Positions 34,149 through 48,400 of a stretch of DNA of 64,000 bases are shown one piece after another; position 1 is the stretch's first letter; each line of letters opens with the position of its first letter. The notes under the pieces are model-generated. The model made no database searches and was not told the DNA's origin. It saw only the letters and a list, made by a program, of their open reading frames with translations. Location of the stretch: NCBI RefSeq assembly GCF_000002075.1, contig NW_004797419.1:741487-805486 (forward strand). Direction: 5' to 3'. The DNA comes from Aplysia californica (taxonomy: Eukaryota). A program made the translations under genes and the position numbers.

Positions 34149-37100
34149 GTAAGATCATGTTCTTGATTTTATAAATAATCTTAATAATATTGGACTTATT
34201 TTTAAAATTATGCTGCTCAGACTTGTCCAATAAGGAAATATTTTTATCGTCAAAGTGTCTGCTACTGTTAATTTTAATCTTTACCTGTTCAACCTCGCTA
34301 AAAGCAGCTTTTATAGATAAATGCAGTATGCATTTTATAACTGAAATTAAAATGTATTGATCTTTGTCATGGGAGTACCAACCAATTTAGGTAACAAGTA
34401 ACGTAGGCCTATAGTGTATTTTCAATGGAACTAAAAATAGGCACTGGCTGTATTTACCATTGCTGTAAAGATTGTTATAATTTTAATTTTGAAAAGTGTT
34501 ATTTAGAGAGTGCCTTGGGCAGACGGAATAGATTAGTTTACAAAACAAAAAAGTGTTATACAATGCAAAAAGTGCAATTTTTGGGGGATACTTTTTACTG
34601 AATGACTTCTCGATAAAATTATTGAAACTTTTGGTTCATCTTTTGCATTGTTTTCAGTAAATGGATTTCAGTCTCTCCTTCCACCTCTCTGCAGGACACA
34701 CTTAATTCAAGGAAGGTGAAATTTGCTTGACTTATAGGCACTGCATGAAATCAGTTAACTACAGTGGGTGTCACATTCAACGAGGTTGCCGAGACCGGCT
34801 TGTTGTCATCGTTGGATCTGACCTCTTGTTGAACGTGACTAAGGCTAAACAAAAGAAAGGAGACAAGCTATTATACTACACTATGTACCAATACCAGTAA
34901 TTAAAACAGTTGTTCTCCCTGATGACGAAATTCTCAAACAGTGTGCGCATGTTTGAGCTGTGTTCTCACTGTCATTTCTGCATTAAAAAATTATTTTTTT
35001 CCGGAACACTTCTCGTGTGGAAACATACCCTCTCACATCTAGGCCTAGATCTAGATATCTACAAAAAGTAAAGGCGGGAGCTTGGATTTTCTGATCGGGG
35101 GAAGAAAAGAAAATTGTAAAAAATGAAGGTCTCGATCTAGACCTTCCCATCCAGAGTTCATCCAGTTTCACACAGCCCACATTGTGTTCCCACCCACCCT
35201 CTCCCATCCCTACCGTAGGCCAGCCAACCCTCGCCTGTCCTCTTGGCTTTGTGGCCCATATTACGAGGCACACTAGATCTAGCAATACAAAGTGTTAGGA
35301 ATGGAGGATGGGCCTTGTGCTTCTCATGAGATGGAAAGAAAGGAGAAAAATTCTTTGCTTTTGGGGCCATTAATTGCTTTTATTTAGTTATCTCAACCTC
35401 GTTGAAATTGAAAGTGACTTTAGTCTGTTTCCAACCTCGTTGGAGCTGACGTTCATTTACAAAGATATATTTAGAGGAAAAAATCGGGGATTAAGGATTG
35501 CCTCGTTGAAGCCGACTTCTTGTTGAATGGGACCTCGTTGAATGCGACTCCCACTGTACAATATACTGCTGGGGTGATAGTGTGAGGATGTCAAGTGGTT
35601 CTTTGGTGCAGACTGAAATACTGTGCTTTATTTAGACTGGACAGGGCTCCTCATAGCCAGCATAGTAGAAATTATGCATATTTTTATTTCCGATTGAAGA
35701 GAGATAGAATTGAGAGGACTTAATACTCTTTGTTGTTATGTCAGATCTTTTTTTTCATGACTTGACACATAATTCCTGTAGTCAAACCTACAATTAAAAG
35801 TTATAAATCTTCTTCTAATTAGTAATCCTCACACATGGTCAACATCAACAAACCCACACCACCTTGTCACTCAAGCCCATGCACACTAGCTATATACCAG
35901 GTCCAAAGAAGATAACACATTTTCCCTGAAAGTTTATGATTGCACAGAAAATGGGAAAGGTTTAAGTTTAATTGAGGTCTTCCTTCTGAAAATAAGTTGA
36001 AATTGTGCATTAAGTCATCACTACCCTCATGTTGGCCCCATGGAGAGTAGAGATCATAGAACTGCAAGTAGGTTAAGTAAGTTTACCAATGGAGGCCTCA
36101 AAGAGACCCCAGAAAGCAAGGCAAATCGTGCATCACGTTCAGAGACCTAATAGTAATTAAAGTACAGTGGAAACCATATATATATAACAGGCCTGGAAAT
36201 AGCGGGGATCCGGTAATGACGGATTTTTTAAATCCCCGTTTTTTCCTACTCATTTGTCTCTATTAAAAGTTACCGGCAATAACAGGGCCTCATCGGAGCT
36301 CTATCGGTTATAGCAGGGACAAAGGCTCATTAACAATGTGTAAAAAGAAGAGAGAATAACACAGTGATGGAGCAAGCCCACGCAAGTCACGCCACTGCAA
36401 GCACACGCAGCGGGTGAAGTGAGAGAGGGCTGCGGTGTCCTGCAGACCTTGATCTAGCCCTAAGCTTAGCTACACGCATGCGTAATGTGTCTTGAACGGG
36501 CCTGCCACATGGTACTTGCGGCAAGGGAAACTACCCATGAATAAATACTGCTGGATTAGTCCACAAATGCTTACTTCCTTTGCATTTCTGAGAGGGATCC
36601 AATCTAACAGGACTTTTTCTCTGGTCTCACAATCCCTGTTATATCAGGTTTCCACTGTAGTCTGTCGTTCCAAAATGAGATGAAAGGTAGTGTCATTTTT
36701 GAATTAATGAGTGGTGTTTACTGGAGAGATTGAATTATTGAAGTCAAGATTGGAAGCAAGTATGAATATGTTCGTGCTCTGATCCACTGGAGATGACCTT
36801 CTTCACTATTGTAACATGCGTGTGGCATTAATTTCCATCCACTCAGATGAGAGACTACAACATAGCGTAGTTATTTATATAGTGTATTAATACGGTATAG
36901 GAATGAATAGAGCAGACCCCCCCCCCACACCATTTTCCTTTTATGGTCTTGTTACTGAAAGTTGTAAGGTGCAACAATTGGTTTTGTTTTAACAATTCAT
37001 TTTTTTTCATCTAGGATCAGCAAGGAAAATGCAATGATGGAAAACCCAGGAAAAGTTCCAAGGACAAAAAAGAAGGAACTTTAAGAACCTATGTATGTAG

Positions 37101-40100
37101 ATCTGTAACTAATCTTATATTTCTTGTTCCTTTCCCTTTCATAAGTAGTCCCCTTGCTTATATCATGCTTTCTTTTGCCAGGAAATTTTGTGTGTTACAA
37201 ATATACATCCTCCGACTCACTTTGAAGTCATTTGTAATCAGGAGATTCGGATGCCTCAAAAGAGGATGAATTAACGATGATCACATGCCAATGTGTTGCT
37301 TTACACCAAACCAGCTTGGTTAGATTCAGGTATGTCAGATCAACCAAGATCAAGTGGATTATGCAGAGACTAAAAAAGTGAAGTGCTTTTTTGTGTGAGT
37401 CAGAAAAGAATTTTTGTGTTTAGTGAACAAGATCTACCTGTCTGTCGGTTGCCCTACTTTACTTACTGATGGCAATACTTTCCTCTAATTGATGAAGTTT
37501 GATCCATTGATTATACGTCTGTTTATATGCAACTCATGAATGCTCAGTCACCTGATATTTAAGCACCAGCTGCAAAGATGATTTGTACTAGTAAAATGGA
37601 CTCTCATAGTGGCTGGCAAGTTTACATCATGTTGACATATTTGATAGAGGTCGTTCCTTTGGAGCAGTCTCAGTGAGGAGAAATTACACCACACTCATAT
37701 TTTCTCTTGCCGTGAACCAGAGGTTTCCTACACCTCTATGTCAAAAGACTAGCCAGGGACACTATGAGATGTTGTTAGCTTTTGCGAGCCTTGAGATTGT
37801 AAGATGTAAGGGTTCTTGTTTACACTTCAAATTTCATTGGACCTGTTTGGAAGTTATGGTTCATGTAGGTTTGACAGCATTTTTCATTTCAAATTAAGAA
37901 ATGAAATGCCTGGAACTATGCTTTTGAAAGACTATTGAACTTGTCTGTTATAAGTGAACTACATGGCTCTGGACAGAAGGGTGAGAGCCCAGCTGTTGCT
38001 GGATCGATAACAACAACAGCAACAACATAAATGAAAAGTGTTTGGAACCATCCCAGTATGTGGTCAACAAACAAGAAATCTTAACTTCGTGCAGGAGAGG
38101 AAACAGGTTTCATGAACTTTTCAACGCAGGCCCCTGGACAAAATCCTTCTCAAATTGAACAATTCTGGATCTATAACAACAAATTGAAAAATTCTGAAAA
38201 CATCCTGCTTCTTTTGTCTTGTTGTACCTAATTCTACATTTTTTATATTCTTATACTGTTTGCTGCAGCTCTGTTGGTGACAAACTTTCAGAGGGCAGGG
38301 AAATTAGAAATCTGGATGTCAATGGGCTCTAATCTTTTTGTCATTTCTCGAACATTTTATACGTCCAGGGTTCTATCAGTAGTTTCTCTTTGAAAGCAAG
38401 CTTTTACTTTAATGTTGTGTATGTGTATGTCACCAGACTCTGAGATCAGGAAGGGGTGTCTCTCACATTCCTAAAGCTCAGGATTACAAAAGGGAGACTA
38501 CAGGGACAATAACTCAGCACAGATTGACGGTACCGGTATGTCCATGACTTTTATGCCTTTTTTGCTCTTCTTCTTCTGTGTCCTTTCAGCCAGCCTGCTC
38601 TGTCTCTATCTTTATTGTTCATGCTGATCTTTTGAAGAATTTATTTGTTATCATTCATATATATAGATTGTCGCTGGAAACGTATTGAAACAGGTTTTAT
38701 GGAAATGGCTTTACAGTTTTTGATAATTTTCCAATTTAAGTTAGGCATCGTGGTGAAATTAAGTGCTTGTCAAAATCAGGTGCTTGTCAAAATAATGGAA
38801 TCAAAGAAGTATGCATTTTCCCGTCCATTGGGCAATTTCTATCTGTTTGGGCAATTTCTGTTTTTATTTTTCAGCTCAACAACTTTTTTTGTCCGTGTAA
38901 AAACACATTTCTGTGTAGATTTTATTGAAAAACATTGATTAGAGGCACAAAAAATGTAAATTTGCAATTTTCAAGGTCTCTCAAGCTTAGGAAATCACCA
39001 AACTTTAGAGGCCATATTTTCTAGCTAATTTTACCTCAGACACCAGACGCCCTTACCTTCTGTCTTCTATGGAGGATATATAGGCATTTTTTTCACCAAA
39101 AGCAATTAAAATAAACAAGCTTTAGAATGGTACCAATAATTCCATATGTCCAAAAATTGAAAAGCACCTGATTCCACCACATCATGACATATTTTTTTCA
39201 GTAGTGTTTTGGTATGTCTAGGTTCTGATGTTTTTTCAAGTAGTGGCAAGTCTATGTGTAAGTAATATATCAAGCTTATGGTTAGTCTATGCTTTGATGG
39301 TCTATGGATGGTAGTTCTCACATACTTGTAGATTTGCCTTACTTAGAGCATGGGTTAGTAGCTGAATGTGGTCTATATTATCAGCAGTACCAGTCCTCTT
39401 CTGGTGGATTGCTTTTTTGAAATCAGACAGCATTTTTGACATACGCTATAGTAATTGTAATCAGAGACCAAGGCGCTATTACTTCGAGCCTTTACTTTGT
39501 GTAGTGTTTGGGGACTATTCTTGAGATAGTTGTGACGGAGTATTCGAAATTACTGAAAAGTAGTTGCTCCTTCTGGAATCAGTGAGTACACTTATAATAT
39601 GGTGTGCACTTTAAGGATCTGCATCCCTTTTAAGCCAGGGAGAGTTACTTTGGCTCTTTACTTCTGCCTCATATATCTGTACTTCTGACAGAACAGATTA
39701 CATGTAGTCCTTCTGGCTTCTGGCGGTGCTGAATGGATATCTGAAAAGAAAGGCATCAACAAATAAAAAGCTGCTACTAATTTGAAATCAGCACTCTTCA
39801 AATTTTGCTCCATGTTTTGTGCTATTGTTACATATTTCAATGTTTTCATATACGCTTTACTGCCACAAGCTTGACACAGATTCTCTTTTTTGCTTTCAGA
39901 GACAATATGCCATGCTTGCCAATGCCAAGTCATCTGACTGGGTCAAAAGAGGTAGGAATAATAATAACATAAGTGTGTTATATTGTGAACTCGTGTATAC
40001 ATGTATTGTTACCATTGCTTAATATTTCTTGTTTGAACATGATTTGATTCACCGTCCTTGTCAAAATGGTGTATTCAATCCTCAGTTAAGCTTCACACTT

Positions 40101-42348
40101 CCAGTGAGACCTCTATCCAGGATGGGGCACTTTGCATTTTCACAACAGTATTTAGAAGCAGGCCTTGTGATTTTTTGGCTTACCTTTAACTCACTCAATC
40201 CCGTGACCGAGATATCTCGGTGAGCTCGCGGGCTGCGTTCAACCCCACAACCAAGATAACTCGGTTCTATAGTTTTGTTCTGCATACTAGTTATTTTGTT
40301 TCAGAAAACGACCTCAAGTTTTATAAAAGGTCGATTTATTATTTCCGCGGCCCATTCTGCTTAGAGGAGTGCTGGAATTTAGTTTCTACTGTCATTACAC
40401 ACGAAGAAATCACAGTTTTTATAAAGCACTTTCAGCACATTTGTTCACACTGATCAGCTGAGCATGTCTCGCAATCGATTCTCTCTGCCTTTCTCACACA
40501 TACATTTATTTTTTTATTCATGAAAGTATTCAACAGGCTTTATTATACATGACATACAATATGTTTATAGATCTAGACACTCCCAAGCATGTTTGAATAT
40601 CAATGTAGGCTTGCTCGCTGATTCGGCCATGAAAAAAAATTACAAGCTCCCAAAAATGCCAAATTTGTATAACACCCCAAAGCAAAACTAATAACGCTAC
40701 ATACTTCAAATTTGGTGTGTCCAAAGATCCATCTTAGGTTGTATTTTTTGCTCATTTCAAAGCAATTTGATTATTATTATTTATGCTTACTAGTGGGCCC
40801 TTACATAAGTGTCAAAATGACCGGTTTCTGGGTACTATTTCGTGAAAAACTCCCGGGATTGAGTGAGTTAAAGTGTTATGAACAGTGATGAATATACAGC
40901 TTCAAAATCTGGTCTTTTAAAAAGTGGAAATTGTGAAAGAGGCATGTTTTCAATAAAATTGTTTTTTACTGAATACTTGCTTTGTTTGGTGTGTCCTTGA
41001 GAAGGGTGCAATAGCCTTTGCTAAAAATAGACGCTTTAGCTGTACATTCAGAACAAACGTCTGAGCCCGTCTGCTTAATTCCATCAGACAGGTGGTTCCA
41101 TTTAATTCAGTCTAGTTGGCTTGACAGCGGCCTTGAAACTTTCACCGTAAGTTATGTCCTATCAAGTGGAGAAAGTTCAACAATTTTTTGTTGAAATGGT
41201 AAAATCTGATATCATATTTGTACTCTCTGTCAAATTTTAATGCGAAAACATCAGTTTGCCGATTCCGGAGAAACAAACAGAAATGGACCAGTCATGTGAC
41301 CTCAGTTTGTCCAAGGTGTAGATTGACAGTGTTGTGTGCTAGTATGTAATGTGTCGCCAGTCATTTCGCTCGCTCACATTCAGGGTTGGGTTGATTTAAT
41401 CAGTTGAATTTTTGGATTTAAATCAACTTGATTTTTAAAATAAAATTCAGTGATTTAAATCACTTTAAAAAAAATTTATTTTTATTCAGTTTTTACATAT
41501 TTCAACATTCAGAATTCCTTTCCTTGGTTTCATAAAACAGATATAAGGTTAAGTAGATAAATATAATCATGTTTAAAAGTCTGCTTTCCCTCCTTTCACT
41601 GTAAAATAATACAGTATTCAATTTACTTTTTTTTTTTCATAATTGAAATCAGAGCTGGGTTGATTTAAATCAGTTGATTTTTAAAATATTTTAATCAACT
41701 TGATTTTACAAATAGAAATCAGTATTTAAATCACTTTTTTAAAAATGTATTCAGTTTTTACATATTTGAACATTCAGAATTCCTTTCCTTGGTTTTATTA
41801 AACAGATATAAGGTTTAGTAGACTAATATAATCATGCTTAAAAGTCTGCTTTCCCCCCTGTCACTGTAAAACAATACAGTATTCAATTGACTTTTTTTTT
41901 CATAATTAAAATCAGGGTTGGGTTTATTTAAATCAGGTCGATTTAAATCAGTTGATTTTTAAAAATTTAAATCAACTTGATTTTGAAAATAAAACTCAAT
42001 GATTTAAATCACTTTTAAAAAATGTATTCTGTTTTTACACCTTTAAATAATCAGAATTCCTTTCCTTGGTTTTATAAAACAGTATATAAGGTTTAGTAGA
42101 CTAATATAATCATGCTTAAAAGTCTGCTTTCCTCCCTTTCACTATAAGTTGTAAAATAATACAGTATTCAATTTTTTTTTTTCATTATTGAAATTAACAT
42201 TTTCTTTTTCTTTTTAGACAAACACAAGCACGCACACACACACACACTGTAATAAAATGCAAGTTTATCTATGCATAATTACCCCCCCCCCCCCCCTTTC
42301 CCTTTAGACTGACATTTTCTTCATTTTTTTGTCTGTAGCCATAATTCA

Positions 42349-42408
<60 letters not shown>

Positions 42409-45400
42409 CAGATTAAGGCTTTCTTTTGCGGTTGCTTAAATTAATCATTAGTTAAAATAAAGACAATGCATTTTGCACTAAAAGAACATACTTTTAGCAA
42501 CTAAAAATCCCAAACTGTGTCGACATTTAAAAAAAAAAAAAAAAAATCCGATTTAAATTTTAAAAAATCTTGATTTAAATTTTAAAAATCGATTTTTTAA
42601 ATTTTTATTTAAAAAATCAAAAAAATCACCAACCCTGCTCACATTCTCCTCTTGCTTCCCATGAAATGATTGAGGTAGACAATGAGGTCCTGACTGAAGT
42701 AGATCAAAAAGTCCCAGCAATTTTTTGATAAAACTAATAGATTGTATTCACATCAGCTGTACATGAAACAGATTTGGAAAGAAATAGGGGAGAAGCTGAC
42801 TCATTGGTAATTTAAATTTCGACACCAGGATTTTAATCGGAAAAGCAGCCCCTTCTATTTTCATGCTAGATAAGATAGATATTTGCCTCTACCTCTTCTT
42901 TCACTCTTATACCACTGGCTTTGTGGGGTTGGGTGGGGTGGAGAGGGGTGGAGCAGAGGAAAGAGAAGGTGGACAAGAAAAACCCAAACAAATATAGTAA
43001 TAATATACTCATTATACTGGTCATTCAATAGATTGCATTATGATAATGATTCTTTATGTTTGACAAAGCATTATTGTTCTGTTGTTTGATGAAATTGTCC
43101 TTGCTGCTACAAAACAAGAACTTTAATATTGATGTTAATGTTTGTGAAAGGCACTCCAACGATTGAGACGAGGTGGTTTGAGGAAGAGGTCCCGAGTCCG
43201 CTACCATCGATCTATCGTCTGTTAGACAGAACGGAAGAACACAAATGTTTGGTCTGAATACACCTTTGGTCAGTGATGGTCATTATGTTTATGCAACATT
43301 GATTAGTCTTGTCTATTATTTCATGTATATATGCATTGTACTTGCTATTGTAATCCATATTTCCTCACAGCGTGCATTAATGTCATTTTCTGGTAATTTT
43401 TTAAGATTCACTGAGCAGACTTTTCTCAATGTAATTCTGTTTGCTTTTCAGGCCAAATTCCAGAATCTGAGTCTGTGAAGAAGATGGTGGACCTGGATAT
43501 GCAGAAAATTCTTACCATGGCAGATCATTTACGACAAGGGGAGAATGTGAATACAGCACACCCCCAGCCAGCACTGGCTGTTGTTAGTTGCCCAGCCAGC
43601 CCTGGTAAGTAGAGGAGTAGGGTACAAATCGCTACCCTAGAATTGCAAAGTTCTATCTACTCTGTACCTAGTTTTGAGAAATTTGACATTAAGAAATTTT
43701 TACTTTAAGATAGAACATTTGGTTTCTGACCTCATGGTCTTAGTAACTCAAAATGGCCAAAAGTTTCTGATAGAACTTTACAATTCGAAGGTAGCAAAAT
43801 GCCACCGAGGTTGTAAGGACTTTCAAACATTCCTGAGTCATCAAAATGTAACGTCACTTTGGTTAACAGTTCCCTGTTTTGGGGATAAAGTAAATTGTTG
43901 TAAATCATTTATTGAGGCATCAAGTACAGTTACAGGTATTTTAACCAGCTGAAACATGTCAAGTTTTGTCTCTTAGAAATTTAAAAAAAAAAGTAATGAT
44001 TGACAAATCAATTTGATTTTGTAAATTATCACCTAAGGTAAATGAATATTTGTTCAAATTCAGGATGATCTCTCTTTTGTTCCATTCTCAAGATTAGATT
44101 TCTCTAACAGTAGGAAAAGTACTTGACCGAAAAATATATATGGCACTTATACTCTCATAATCAAAGACAGCTCTAAATGAAAAAGGCAGAGATCTCAATG
44201 GATTTATTAGTGAATGGCATTGATATGTTATATTGATGGTTTAGTTGTAACAGCAAGTTTCCATTCTTCTTTAGAAGTATTTCTTATATAAAGAACACTA
44301 GTTAAAAATCTAGATGTAGCTTTATGTAGTTTAATGTTGAGATTCATGGGGAAAAAACCCCATTTGAATATGTACTGTGGTCTCCACCTAAGAACCTGGT
44401 CATCGGGAGACAAAAAAGTAAGTTTTTGGTAGAGTGAGTTATATGGCAAATTTCAAGGGGACCAGCTTAGTTCCTACTGGTGAGCTTTCTCCTTGTTTAT
44501 TCTATAATCACACAGTTTGTTTGGGAGGGAGGGGGGGTTGGCATATTTTTCAGGCGCTCGCAACTGCATAAGGTCATATGAGCGTGAGGGACATATTAAC
44601 TCACTTCAGACGGTTCACACAACAGTTGCGTGACCCCCGCCGCGATGCTTGCGACGGCTCCCACAAGCCCTGCGTGACCTACTTTGGATTTTTTTTTCCG
44701 CTCTACAAATCACGCACGGATCACGATACCCGCCTCGTACCCTTGTTTGGCCAAGCCTGAGCTACTAAGACTTCGTTTCGTATCTCTGGGGCCGGTAGTT
44801 TTTAAGTTATTGAAGGTGAAGGATAGTGACCCCAACTGGGGTTGAACAGACCGGAACTCGCGCTTTGTTTTTTTCTATACAGCTGATAGTAATCCGACAG
44901 TCGCGTCGTAGTAACGGTCGAAAAAGTCGCATGAACAAGAATCACATAATTTCACCGTTTTCTATACTTCTGTACGTTTTACTAGTTCTAGTGTCTCAGA
45001 ATATGATGTGTCTGATGGTTAGGATCCTGGATATGTACCCGAACACGGCCCGAGTCGTAGTTCTAGGGCTAGATCTAGCACTAAAACTGGTGTTGTTTTT
45101 CGCGCAACGAAATCACAACGTCGTGCCGTACATCTGTCTCATGTAATTCAGTGTATGGGTCTGAATCAATGCACAGACCAGCTTTTATATTTTCAGCAAA
45201 CACTCGCACATGTATACAAATCAAACCAGAACACTTTGAACTTTTATTTTTGTTGCTGTAGTGAATTTCATTCTACTTGTCACGTCTCTGGAAATTTTTC
45301 AGAAAATCAAAAATTCATGCCAATTTTTTAAAAATCATACAAATTAAAGTATTAGACTTAAACAACTTTAGTTTTTTGTATTAGATTAAGCTTGAATGTT

Positions 45401-48400
45401 ACTTTACTGTGTCAAAAGATAATTACAATAGGGTAATTCTGAGAGTTGTGGTGATTTATTGAAATACCCCCAAAAACGCCAGTCTTCAACGCTTGTGACT
45501 GGTGAAAGGGCCCAGTCGCAAGTGAGTTAACCATGTTTCAGTTTGTAGGAAATTTTGAATTTTGCCCAGGTGGCGGCCGAAGCCTACACCTATCGATTTT
45601 GAACCACCAAGGGATCTTTAACATGCACAACTTGCACATGGGGCCTCCGAGATTTTTTCGCCCTTGTCCAAGAAGATTAGATGTACACCATTCCTACCTT
45701 AAGATCAGGGGTGTGGCTGAAAGACAGTAATAAGAATTTAAGAGCCAAGGAGTAACAGTAGAAAGGCTGCAGAAAGAGTCAGGACCCCGAGAGGGGGCAA
45801 AAGAGGTGAGGGGGTGGGGGCAGAAAGTGGTATAACAGTGCTAGAGAGCAGGAAAAGTGATCCCAAGGTGACACTGACACCTGAAGTAAGATATATAGAG
45901 GTTTCTAATTTTTGTTTTGCTCCTTTACAGAATGATGTGTGTGTCATGCACACCAGCAGTGGAATTTTCTTTGCAGTGGGGGTTTCCGCTAAGAGCGCTA
46001 TTTCACATCAGGGTCAAGGGAGTCAGCTCGCTGTTGCTACTCTGAATGGGCTGATGTGGTTGTTGGCACTTTTCAACCTAATTTTTTTGGTGCATCCTTG
46101 TACTTATGGTAATTATATCTTTATCTCTTCAACTAATGAAGAAATTCCCAGTAAAAAAGACCTGTTATTGCCAAAAACTAAAATGACATCAATGTCAAAG
46201 TCATAAAGGAATTGCTCACTGGCTCAGCAGTTCCGACTGTGAGCCGTTGAGAGTGCCTTGTCGGAGAGAAGTTATTGTACCTTTTTGATGAATTTCTGCA
46301 CTAGACGTTTTCTTTATGAAAGAATTTGTGGTAGCTTGGTCCTCAAACACAGTGCTGCTAAAAAATGCACTGTCTCTGAGGCAAAGCGTAAAGCGAACAA
46401 ATGCAAAGAGGCATTTTTCTATTCTTTTATTGCAGAAGCTGGTGCATCTGTTCCTGAGGTGTGTCAGACTGATTTGAGGTATGCATGAAGGCATGTTTAT
46501 TAAGAAGTGTTCAGTCAGGGGTAATGGGGTGCACCTGTGCCTTTTTTCATTTCATCAATTGTCCTCACATTTTCCACAAAGTTGGGGACTAAGGTAAAAA
46601 AACAACAAAAAAGAAACTTTTGGGAGCATCTGACAGAAACATTAAAATTGCTGTAGTAGTAAAGAATGTGTGACTGAATCAATGTGTAAGTAGAAATCTT
46701 CAAGTTTGTGTTTGGCCTTAACCATTTAAGGTGAAAACAGCTAAAAGGTTTGATAAAGCCCCACTTATTACACTTCTCAAGAGGTGACAATATGAAGTCT
46801 CGCATTCACTTAGTGAAATTGGTGGGCTGCAAAAGTCTTTTCATCATTTATGAATTTGGCTATGTACTTTTTTTTAAGTGCATAGAATATACATATGTAT
46901 AAGAAAAAATTCTGGACCTGAAAATATTTTAGATATGTTCAGGTGTCATTTGGTATGTGTTCACTATAAATGTGCGTGCAAGGCTGTATTTAGGGGCTTT
47001 GAATTCAAAATCCTATTTGGACATAATTTCATGTCTTCGTTTAGCTTACAGAACAATAAAGGGAACAACTTTGAGAAATTGCTTGTTCCAAGTAATTGCT
47101 TGGAAAAGGGTCCAGAATCCATGACGCCAGAGACTGGTACTGGTACCAAACAGACTCCGGGAGACTCTGGATTCAGGTATGCTGTTGATTTATTGATTTT
47201 GTCGTCATGCATTCAGTGATTATAAGGTAAATGTAGGGGGAACTTATACAGCAGTCTGTGGGTACCAGTCATTGGTTGACAGATATGCTGTTAATTTGAG
47301 TTATTAGTTCAGTGTAGTGGCTGTGTTGTTCCGAAACATACAAAATTATACCTCTTAAATTTTTTGGGCCTTTTTAGGCTCACTGGAAATTATTGTTAAC
47401 CGTTATTTATTTTTATGAAGGAGAAATATAATTTATGTTATTTTTGCTGAAGAAAGCGAGAATAACATTGGCATTAGTCTCCGGTAAAGTTTAGGTAACC
47501 ACAGTTTAGCAACGTTAGCAGTAGAAAAGAATTTTTATCGCTGATGTAAAGAACATTTAATTATATTCCAAAGTAAAGCTTTACCAGGTTAAGTGAATGT
47601 GATAGAAACCATAAAGAAAAATTCAATAATTCAGCAATTATATAATATAGTATTCGGACAGAGTGCTACATAATGAGGTTATGATTAATGTGAATGTGAA
47701 AGATTTTGGTTTTGGCCGAGTTCAGTGCTAGTGCTGCTTTTTTCTTTAGCCAGTTTTGCATGCTGAAAACAGAAAAGGGTAAAAGTAAACTATAAACTAC
47801 AAAAAATTACGAAAATTTTCAGTGATTTTGATTTCACATGAAGGAGTAATAAAAGTTTGGTGATAGCTGTATTTTTTCAGTTGTTCTGAAAGAACCTGTG
47901 GATGAAGATTTCTACTGAGACAAAATGAGAGGCATCTTAGTGAAATCAGGCGCACGTCAAAATAATGAAATTGAACAAACCAGCATTTTTCTGGCCAGTG
48001 GGGCATTTATATAATTTTCTTTTTTTTGGCTCAACACCTTTTACATCCATTTAAAAACACATTTGTGTGTGGTTTTTACTGAAAAACATTGATTAAAGGC
48101 ACAAAAAATGCAAATTTTCAGTTTCCAAAGACTCTCAAGCTATGGAAGTTACCAAACTTGGACGGCCATTTTTTCGTTAATTTTACCTCTGAAACCAGGC
48201 TATCCTCTCTTTCTTCAGTCGCGAATATCTTGACTTCTATTCAACATAGATGGATATTTTTTTAAAACATAAAGCAAGGCAAATTAACAGGTTTTAAGAT
48301 GATACCAATAACCCTATTTGCCCAAAAATTGGCGAGTGCGTGGTTCCACCTCGTCATGCCACAAATGATGATTATGGCTCTTTATTGTTTTCAGTGCTGC

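Noticed and set aside
33822-34166. 114-aa ORF as a single coding exon
   Set aside because: It reads through intron-like sequence; only 34039-34148 has matching splice signals.
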